Source of the DNA: an uncultured Collinsella sp.
GTDB lineage: Bacteria > Actinomycetota > Coriobacteriia > Coriobacteriales > Coriobacteriaceae
Length of the DNA: 38,443 nucleotides
Assembly (NCBI GenBank): GCA_905211615.1
Contig: CAJMBB010000001.1
Span: forward strand, 1 to 38,443
Reading direction: 5' to 3'
The notes beneath the pieces are model-generated. The model did no database searches and had not been told where the DNA came from. It was given only the letters and a program-made list of their open reading frames with translations. The position numbers and the translations under genes are program-made. Below, in pieces: positions 1-11,253 of this stretch. Each line of letters starts with the position of its first letter. The first letter of the stretch is position 1.

Positions 1-191
1 ATCTGCTCGGCGGTTTTACCGGCACCGTAGACAACCTCGCCGGCCCCCTGGCGCACCCCGCGCGAAAGATCGAGCTGCGCAAAGCCCAGATCGGCGGTTG
101 GCGCCGTCTGGATGCGCGTGAGGGCGTCGGCTGGCGCAACACTTCCGTCTGCTACGCCGCACAGCAGCTGCTCAAGATCTCGCTTATCCAT
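1..191 (-). CDS. larB: Nickel pincer cofactor biosynthesis protein LarB, N-terminal part (runs off the window edge)
   Basis: Not in the ORF track. Manual translation from ATG at 191 gives MDKRDLEQLLCGVADGSVAPADALTRIQTAPTADLGFAQLDLSRGVRQGAGEVVYGAGKTAEQ; DLGFAxLDxxRxxRxGxxEVVYGxGKT is typical of the LarB N-terminus. Confidence 0.85.
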   Translation of the reverse strand, partial: MDKRDLEQLLCGVADGSVAPADALTRIQTAPTADLGFAQLDLSRGVRQGAGEVVYGAGKTAEQ

Positions 192-305
192 ATATGTTCC
201 CTTCGACGGCGCAAAGTCTAGCACTCATAGGGTATGTTTCCGAACACTAAGACAAAATTGTTCGGAAACTATAGGACAGACTAATTCAATTGTTAGGCTG
301 ATCGA

Positions 306-941
306 CTAGTCACGCAGGATGATGTCCATGGCGAGCATCAGGTTGCGTTCGTCGATGGCGAACGGGGCGGCTTCGCGCGTCTTGGGCTTGGCGCAAAATG
401 CGATGCCCGTGCCCGCGGCCTGAATCATGGGGATGTCGTTGGCGCCGTCGCCGATTGCCACGGTATGGGCCATGTCGACACCGCACTCAACTGCCCAGTC
501 CAGCAGCTGGATGAGCTTGGACTCCTTGGTCACGATGTCTGCCGCCAGCTTGCCGGTGAGCTTGCCGTCTACGACTTCCAGGCGGTTGGCCAGGCAAAAA
601 TCGATGCCCGCGGCGGCCACGATCTTGTCGGCGACCTCGTGGAAGCCGCCGCTCACCACGCCGACCTTCCAGCCCTTGCTGTGTGCCGAGCGCACAAGCT
701 CCAGCGCGCCGGGGGTAAACGTCACGCGCTCAAAGGTGCGCTCGAACACGCTCTCGTCCAGGCCGGCGAGTAGCCCCACGCGCTCCTCGAGCGCTTGCTT
801 AAAGTCCAGCTCGCCGCGCATAGCGCGTTCGGTGATCTGTGCCACCTGCTCGCCCACGCCGGCCTCCTCGCCCAAAAGATCGATGACCTCCTGGTTGATG
901 AGCGTGGAGTCGATATCCATAACGATGAGGCGTGCAGTCAT
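306..941 (-). CDS. serB: Phosphoserine phosphatase, HAD superfamily
   Basis: Motifs MDIDSTLI, VSGGF and AIGDGANDIPM. Start moved to ATG 941, which follows a GAAAGG RBS. Confidence 0.9.
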   Translation of the reverse strand: MTARLIVMDIDSTLINQEVIDLLGEEAGVGEQVAQITERAMRGELDFKQALEERVGLLAGLDESVFERTFERVTFTPGALELVRSAHSKGWKVGVVSGGFHEVADKIVAAAGIDFCLANRLEVVDGKLTGKLAADIVTKESKLIQLLDWAVECGVDMAHTVAIGDGANDIPMIQAAGTGIAFCAKPKTREAAPFAIDERNLMLAMDIILRD

Positions 942-1197
942 GACGGGCCTTTCCAAGTGCTGTTTTATTGGGGCATATTGTCGCACGTGACGAGCGCGGG
1001 CGGGTGCCGCGGCGCGTCAATTGTTTCGTCTCCGTCAAGTCTTTGGGCAGGAGCTACTTTTCCGCGGCACATCGACACAGGTGCGATAAGATAGAACGCC
1101 ATGTCTGGCTGCGCGGTTTACGCAGGCTGGGCAAATCTGTACGACGCCGCCCGGAACGACACGGGGCGGCACAGATCCATAAAGGAGGATCACTGGT

Positions 1198-2985
1198 ATG
1201 AGCCAGACCCGTCCCATCGACGAGCATTCCATGCACACCCGTACCTGCGGCGAACTTCGCCGCGAGAACGTGGGCGAAGAGGTCACCCTCACCGGTTGGG
1301 TGAGCCGTCGCCGTGACCACGGCGGCCTTATTTTCTGCGACCTTCGTGACCGCGAGGGCATCACGCAGCTCACCTTCGACCCCGAGCACTCCGACGGCGA
1401 CGCCTTTAAGATCGCCGAGACCATGCGTCCCGAGTGGCCCATCAAGATTCACGGCGTCGTGCGCTCCCGTGGCGAGGAGACCACCAACGCCAAGCTCGCG
1501 ACCGGCGAGATCGAGGTCCTGACCGACCACGCCGAGGTGCTCAACACTTCTGTTACCCCGCCGTTCCAGATCGAGGACGGCATCGAGACGAGCGAGGACA
1601 CCCGTCTGCGTTATCGCTATCTGGACCTCCGTCGTCCCGAGATGATGGCCAACCTCAAGCTGCGCTCCGACTTTACCTTTGCCATTCGCGAGGCGCTGCA
1701 CAACCGTGAGTTCATGGAGGTCGAGACGCCCTCCCTGTTCAAGTCCACTCCCGAGGGCGCCCGCGACTTCATCGTCCCCAGCCGCATCCAGCCGGGCAAC
1801 TTCTACGCTCTGCCGCAGTCCCCGCAGCTTCTGAAGCAGCTGCTCATGGTCGGTGGCGTCGAGCGCTACTGCCAGGTTGCCAAGTGCTTCCGCGACGAGG
1901 ACCTGCGTGCCGACCGTCAGCCAGAGTTCACCCAGGTCGATATCGAGATGTCTTTCGTGGACCAGAACGATGTCATGAGCGCGCTCGAAGAGGTCCTGTC
2001 CGATGCCTTCGGCCGCATGGGCGTCGAGATGCCCACGCCGCTGCGTCGCATGGACTACTGGGAGGCCATGGACACCTATGGCTCCGACAAGCCCGATACC
2101 CGCTATGGCATGCACCTGGTCGACCTGACCGACATCTTTGCCAACTCCAAGTTCAAGGTCTTTGCGACCGCCGCAAACGAGGAGGGCTCTGTCGTCAAGG
2201 CCATCAACGCCAAGGGTGCCGGTGCCTGGGCACGTGCCAAGATCGATAAGCTCGCCGGCGTGGCCTCCACGTTTGGTGCCAAGGGTCTGGCCTGGATCGC
2301 CTTCCGCGAGGACGGCTCCATCAACAGCCCCATCGTCAAGTTCTTCTCGGACGAGGAGATGGCGGCTCTGCGCGAGCGCATGGACGTCGAGCCCGGCGAC
2401 CTTGTGATGTTCGCCGCCGGCCCGCGCCTGCTCTCCGACGAGATTCTGGGCGGCATGCGTTCTCACATGGCCAACGCACTCGAGATCAAGCGCGAGGGCC
2501 ACGACTTCCTGTGGGTCGTCAACTTCCCGCTGTTCCACTGGGATGAGGATCGCAAGGCCTATGCTGCCGAGCACCAGCCCTTTACCCTGCCGACCGAGAC
2601 CGACATCGCCAAGATCGAGGCTGACCCGCTGGCGGCCGGTTCTTGCACCTACGACTTTGTCATGGACGGCTTTGAGGCTGGCGGCGGCGGTATGCGTATC
2701 CACAACGCCGAGATGCAGATGTCCATGCTCAAGCTCCTGGGCTTTACCGAGGAGCGCGCCGAGTCGCAGTTCGGCTTCCTCATGGAGGCCCTCAAGTTTG
2801 GTGCGCCCCCGATGGGCGGTTTCGCTCTGGGCCTGGACCGCGTGTGCATGCTGCTCACCGGTTCCGACTCCATCCGTGACGTCATGGCGTTCCCCAAGAC
2901 GGCCAGTGGCTCCGACCTCATGTCGGGCGCCCCGAGTGCCGTTAGCGGAGCCCAGCTCAAGGACGTCAGCCTGCGCCTGATGTAG
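1198..2985 (+). CDS. aspS: Aspartate--tRNA ligase, probably non-discriminating Asp/Asn type
   Basis: RTCGELR, RRRDHGG, STPEGARDF, ALPQSPQ, CFRDEDLRADRQPEFTQ, GAPPMGGFALGLDR and a GAD insertion; AAGGAGG RBS. Confidence 0.98.
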   Translation: MSQTRPIDEHSMHTRTCGELRRENVGEEVTLTGWVSRRRDHGGLIFCDLRDREGITQLTFDPEHSDGDAFKIAETMRPEWPIKIHGVVRSRGEETTNAKLATGEIEVLTDHAEVLNTSVTPPFQIEDGIETSEDTRLRYRYLDLRRPEMMANLKLRSDFTFAIREALHNREFMEVETPSLFKSTPEGARDFIVPSRIQPGNFYALPQSPQLLKQLLMVGGVERYCQVAKCFRDEDLRADRQPEFTQVDIEMSFVDQNDVMSALEEVLSDAFGRMGVEMPTPLRRMDYWEAMDTYGSDKPDTRYGMHLVDLTDIFANSKFKVFATAANEEGSVVKAINAKGAGAWARAKIDKLAGVASTFGAKGLAWIAFREDGSINSPIVKFFSDEEMAALRERMDVEPGDLVMFAAGPRLLSDEILGGMRSHMANALEIKREGHDFLWVVNFPLFHWDEDRKAYAAEHQPFTLPTETDIAKIEADPLAAGSCTYDFVMDGFEAGGGGMRIHNAEMQMSMLKLLGFTEERAESQFGFLMEALKFGAPPMGGFALGLDRVCMLLTGSDSIRDVMAFPKTASGSDLMSGAPSAVSGAQLKDVSLRLM

Positions 2986-3064
2986 GCGAGTGGCTACATA
3001 TTGCCCGCAACGAGGGAAGGACGTGTGCCTTTCCTCGTTTTTTATGCGCCGAGATTGTGAGGGC

Positions 3065-3284
3065 TTGGGATGACCGGACGTCGCGGAAAGTGCATCCCGG
3101 AATCTGCGTCCGGAATGGGTCGCGCTTTCCCAAAGGGGTCCTCTGGGAAAGCGCGACCCAGAATTCGGCAAAATAATGGGGCACAGTTTCCGGTTGAGCT
3201 GTCTAACGGAAACTGTGCCCCAGAATGAGCGCTCAAAACGGGGCAGGCTTTCCGCAACAACTGTCTGGCGGAAAGCCTGCCCCA
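3065..3284. repeat. Tandem array of REP-like hairpins: three complete plus one degenerate, about 62-bp period
   Basis: TGGGTCGCGCTTTCCCA..TGGGAAAGCGCGACCCA; TGGGGCACAGTTTCCG..CGGAAACTGTGCCCCA; GGGGCAGGCTTTCCGC..GCGGAAAGCCTGCCCC. Lies between convergent genes. Confidence 0.8.
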
Positions 3285-3289
3285 GTTTC

Positions 3290-4306
3290 TTATAGCGAGT
3301 CTCTCTGGATCAGCTGCATGTGCATCACGGAGGTGGTGGGCTCGGCACCCTTGATCATGTCGAGCGCAATGTTGGCGGCCATGTGGCCTTCTTCGCGCAG
3401 GGGCTGGCGGACGGTCGTGAGTGCGGGGACGCAGCGCGTCGCAATCTCGTGACCGTCGAAGCCGACGACAGAAACGTCCGCAGGAACGGATAGGCCTGCC
3501 TCGTTGAGTGCGGTGATGACGCCAGCCGCGATACGGTCCGATCCGCAGAGCACGCCATCGAAAGCAATCTCGCGCGCGAGGATCTGGTGCATGGCCTGAT
3601 AGCCGTCTCCGTTGTTCCAGCCGGTATAGATAACGTTTGCGTCTGGGAGGTCTTTGCCCAAGACGGCACGGTAGCCGCGCAGGCGGTCGACAACAGCGGG
3701 GTTGTCTTGCGGTCCCAACACGGCGACGATATCTTTGCGCCCGCGTTCCTTCATGGCGAGTGCCGCAAAGTGTCCGCCCTCTTCGTCGTCAGAGTAGACC
3801 GTCGAGAACACATCGCGATAGGGGTGGCCCTCGAGCTGGCCGCACAACACGGTGGGTACGCCCAGATCGCGCAGCACCTCGAGCAGCTCGCTGCCCTTGT
3901 AGGGGGAGACGTCGATTACGGCGTCGAACGAGCGGCGCTCAAAGTGCTCGCGTGCACGGTTGCGCTCATGCGTAGAAGACGCCTGCAAGATAACGGGCAG
4001 ATAGGACGACTCCGACAGCTCCTCGGTAATGCCGCTCAAAAACTCGCTATAGGTGGGGTCGCTGAAGAGTTCACTCAGGGGCTCGGTCACGAGCACGGCG
4101 ATGATTTCCGTGCGCCCGACAGCGAGCGCTCGGCCACGAGCGTTGGGGACAAAATTGACTTTCTTGGCCGCCGCGCGGACGCGCTTTTTGGTTTCCTCGC
4201 TAATGCGGGGCGAATCGTTGAGAGCGCGCGATGCCGTGGAGCGCGACACGCCGGCAGCTGCGGCAACCTCGGCAAGCGTAGGTGCGGTGCGAACTGGTTG
4301 GGTCAT
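3290..4306 (-). CDS. LacI-family repressor, divergent from ebgA (EbgR-like by position)
   Basis: HTH TLAEVAAAAGVSRSTASRAL, hinge PNARGRAL, and C-terminal VPADVSVVGFDG / PALTTVRQP. Confidence 0.95.
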   Translation of the reverse strand: MTQPVRTAPTLAEVAAAAGVSRSTASRALNDSPRISEETKKRVRAAAKKVNFVPNARGRALAVGRTEIIAVLVTEPLSELFSDPTYSEFLSGITEELSESSYLPVILQASSTHERNRAREHFERRSFDAVIDVSPYKGSELLEVLRDLGVPTVLCGQLEGHPYRDVFSTVYSDDEEGGHFAALAMKERGRKDIVAVLGPQDNPAVVDRLRGYRAVLGKDLPDANVIYTGWNNGDGYQAMHQILAREIAFDGVLCGSDRIAAGVITALNEAGLSVPADVSVVGFDGHEIATRCVPALTTVRQPLREEGHMAANIALDMIKGAEPTTSVMHMQLIQRDSL

Positions 4307-4546
4307 GGCGTCTCCTGGAAAATGCGGTCGATGTTGTCACTGATGCGGGCTGGTGCGGATACAGCTTACTATAGTGCGCCTGAACAGCGTTCATGGTATC
4401 CGGTGACCGGTGTCGTTTTGCAACCAAGCCGCAATCGAATACGTCTCGTATGGGTGAGATATCAGCGGGCGTGGCGGTTGCCTACGAGCTTAAGAACGAT
4501 GTCTTGCGCCGAGTTTCGATACTCAGGGTGACATAAGTGTCGCGGT

Positions 4547-4651
4547 TGTACAACCGGTTGCACCGTTAACCCGACCAAATCGACCGTTCAGCGGACAACC
4601 GGTTGCACAGTTTTTTGCATCGCCCGTAAGATAAGGACAACCGGTTGCACA
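4547..4651 (+). promoter_or_regulatory. ebgA promoter with three LacI-type operators (core ACAACCGGTTGCAC)
   Basis: The palindrome CAACCGGTTG occurs at 4551, 4596 and 4638. Candidate -35 TTGCAC (4603-4608) and -10 TAAGAT (4627-4632) have an 18-bp spacer. Confidence 0.8.
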
Positions 4652-4667
4652 AGAATCACTACGATGA

Positions 4668-7691
<3,024 letters not shown>

Positions 7692-7694
7692 GCC

Positions 7695-8150
7695 ATGCAT
7701 GTCTTTAACTCGCGCGCCGATTTCGACGCTCAGATGAAGCCCGTCAAGAAGTGGATGCGCACCGGCCAGGCGCTCGATGGCGTTGCCGACCTACAGCACG
7801 ACGTGGCTTACTCCATCGGCGACTCGTTGGTGTACTGGTGGGTGAACGCTCATGAGGCGGCTACTGCCGATCTGGTCGGTCACCGTCGCTACCATGCCGT
7901 GCTCGCTCCTCTCGACGGCGACCTGACCGTCGAGGTTGCCCCCAAGGCAGGTCTCACCTGCACCCGCGCTTACAGCGATATCGATGATCGCGAGCGCTTT
8001 GAGGGGGCGGGGGAGACCGTGACGATTCCCGCCGGCGGCGTTGCCGTCGTCGAAATTGACGAGGCCTACCGTGTCGTGGCCGATGCCGCGGATCCCCGCG
8101 TCGTGGTACTGCACGTGACGGTCGAAGGTTATTCCTTCCCCAACAAGTAG
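7695..8150 (+). CDS. ebgC: Beta-galactosidase beta subunit, EbgC-like (YhcH/YjgK/YiaL fold)
   Basis: 151 aa directly after ebgA; YSIGDSL, GHRRY, YSDIDDRE and VTVEG match EbgC features. Confidence 0.8.
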   Translation: MHVFNSRADFDAQMKPVKKWMRTGQALDGVADLQHDVAYSIGDSLVYWWVNAHEAATADLVGHRRYHAVLAPLDGDLTVEVAPKAGLTCTRAYSDIDDRERFEGAGETVTIPAGGVAVVEIDEAYRVVADAADPRVVVLHVTVEGYSFPNK

Positions 8151-8291
8151 TATTCGTCCGCCTGGACGTTTGCTTCGCGCCGTTAAGGGGGATGGCTTTG
8201 TTGACTCCCTTTTCCCCATTCCCCTTAGCAGGTGCGCCGTCCGTGTTTGCACTTGCAGCTCGGACGGGTTTAGATGACATTTAATAGATGA

Positions 8292-9767
<1,476 letters not shown>

Positions 9768-9814
9768 CGGCTAGGATTAATCTACGGCTGTGGAATAAAT
9801 CGATTCCCTTTCCT

Positions 9815-9846
9815 AAGGAGGGGCCTTACGAGGCCCCTCCTTTTGT
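9815..9846 (+). terminator. Intrinsic terminator of the ebg operon
   Basis: AAGGAGGGGCCT-TACG-AGGCCCCTCCTT followed by a T-rich tail. Confidence 0.85.
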
Positions 9847-10189
9847 GTTTTGGGGCATGGTTTTGGACCCTGTGGGCAAAAAATGCCAAATATGAGTACT
9901 GTTGCAAAAGAGGTGTCATATTTTTCGGCCTGTTCTGAGCAAAAATGGGCTCAAAATCAATTTATCTAACCCCCTTTAAAGGGCGTTTGACGGCTTTTAA
10001 CCTCTTCAAATCGCTCAAAGTAGGCAAATGGCTCTCGATTTTGCTGCTACTAAATTGGTGACAGTACTCATATTTGCCACTTTTTGCCCACGGGGTATCC
10101 GGAGGGGCCCTCGACAAGCATCTAACGCTACAATAACTACCACGTGGCTGGGTTTTGCCGGCCGAATGTGCGATGTCGTGGGAGGGGAC

Positions 10190-10438
10190 ATGGTCGAGTT
10201 TACAAAGACGATTAAAGATCCGTTGGGATTGCATGCCCGCCCGGTTGCGCTGCTCTATGACATCATTGCCAAACATCGTAGCGACGTGTCGGTCAGCATC
10301 GGCGACCGCCACACGGATGGCCGCGATGTTATGGGCCTCATGGCTCTCTACGGCGAGTGCGGCGAGGACATCATCTTCCGCGTTTCGGGCGTAGACGAGG
10401 CTTCCTGCGTTACATCGATCAGAAACCTCTCGCTCTAA
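10190..10438 (+). CDS. HPr-family phosphocarrier paralog (His15 kept, Asp at position 46)
   Basis: 82 aa from ATG 10190 after GGAGGGG; GLHARP motif; DGRDVMGLM aligns with canonical xAKSIMGxM. Confidence 0.9.
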   Translation: MVEFTKTIKDPLGLHARPVALLYDIIAKHRSDVSVSIGDRHTDGRDVMGLMALYGECGEDIIFRVSGVDEASCVTSIRNLSL

Positions 10439-10447
10439 GCATGACAG

Positions 10448-10486
10448 GGCGCGGCAAAGGACAGCCCTTTGCCGCGCCTTTTTGTT
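10448..10486 (+). terminator. Intrinsic terminator after the HPr gene
   Basis: GGCGCGGCAAAGG-ACAGC-CCTTTGCCGCGCC followed by TTTTT. Confidence 0.85.
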
Positions 10487-10530
10487 TCGTATAGGAAACT
10501 TTTTCGAAAACTGAATAGAGACCCTTTCCA

Positions 10531-10584
10531 AAAAGTTAACCACGTGCTAGTTTACTAAAGCGAACATAGACGTGGTTAACTTTT
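10531..10584. promoter_or_regulatory. Perfect 15-bp inverted repeat upstream of feoA, candidate metal-repressor operator region
   Basis: AAAAGTTAACCACGT-N24-ACGTGGTTAACTTTT. Confidence 0.6.
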
Positions 10585-10626
10585 ATCGCGTCGATGTTGA
10601 GGACGAACTGACGTTAGGAGCCACTC

Positions 10627-10869
10627 ATGTCTTGCGGACCGCAGATGCCGGCAATGCCGCTTTCGATGGTAAAAGCGGGCGAAACCGTGCGCGTGTCTCG
10701 TGTAAAGGGCAATGAGGACATGAAGCACCACCTCAAAGACCTCGGCTTTGTCGAGGGCAGCGAAATCCACGTGGTGAGCTCGAGTGGCGCCAATATCATC
10801 GTCACAGTGTTGGGCGCACGCTTTGGCATCGATTCCAAGGTTGCCATGCACATCATGACCGTCGGTTAG
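10627..10869 (+). CDS. feoA: Ferrous iron transport protein A, first copy
   Basis: MPLSMVKAGETVRVSRVKG..HHLKDLGFVEGSEI; AGGAG RBS. Confidence 0.9.
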   Translation: MSCGPQMPAMPLSMVKAGETVRVSRVKGNEDMKHHLKDLGFVEGSEIHVVSSSGANIIVTVLGARFGIDSKVAMHIMTVG

Positions 10870-10908
10870 TCCACAGCATTTGATAAAAACCGAAAGGGGG
10901 ACAAGAGG

Positions 10909-11130
10909 ATGAAGACGTTGGGTGACGTTAAGGTGGGCGAGAGCTCTACTATCGTCAAGCTTCACGGTGAGGGTGCGCTTCGCCGCCACCTTATGGACCT
11001 GGGGCTCATCAAGGGCACTTCGTTCAAGGTCGTGAAGGTCGCGCCGCTCGGTGATCCGGTCGAGATCAACGTGCGCGGCTACGAGCTTTCCATCCGCAAG
11101 GAGGAGGCGGCCGTCGTCGAGGTCCAGTAA
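10909..11130 (+). CDS. feoA: Ferrous iron transport protein A, second copy
   Basis: RRHLMDLGL..VAPLGDPVEINVRGYELSIRKEEA. Confidence 0.95.
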   Translation: MKTLGDVKVGESSTIVKLHGEGALRRHLMDLGLIKGTSFKVVKVAPLGDPVEINVRGYELSIRKEEAAVVEVQ

Positions 11131-11158
11131 GGGCTTGCGATGTATATTTCTGCAGATA

Positions 11159-11178
11159 AAGTTAGGTTTTTCTAACTT
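11159..11178. promoter_or_regulatory. Palindrome resembling a DtxR/IdeR-family box, upstream of feoB
   Basis: AAGTTAG-GTTTTT-CTAACTT. Confidence 0.6.
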
Positions 11179-11253
11179 AATGCAGCATCTTTGAAGCACA
11201 TTATCCAGCCTGCGCGGAGAAAGCAGCGCAGGCACACAAGGAAGAAGGATTGA

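Noticed and set aside
236..269. LexA (SOS) box
   Set aside because: The CGAAC and GTTCG halves are 14 bp apart, not the 4 bp of the actinobacterial SOS box.
1054..3171. Long antisense ORFs, also 4659-6941, 7791-9308, 11395-13650, 14048-15961, 22122-24116 and 27787-29886
   Set aside because: They mirror well-supported genes on the other strand, have no recognisable motifs, and are expected shadows of high-GC codon usage.
3065..3284. Possible CRISPR array
   Set aside because: Units are not identical repeats with unique spacers; the variation lies inside paired stems, and no cas genes are present.
10531..10584. Invertible promoter switch
   Set aside because: Only 24 bp lie between the arms, no invertase is nearby, and the arms share the motif found at the other feo sites.
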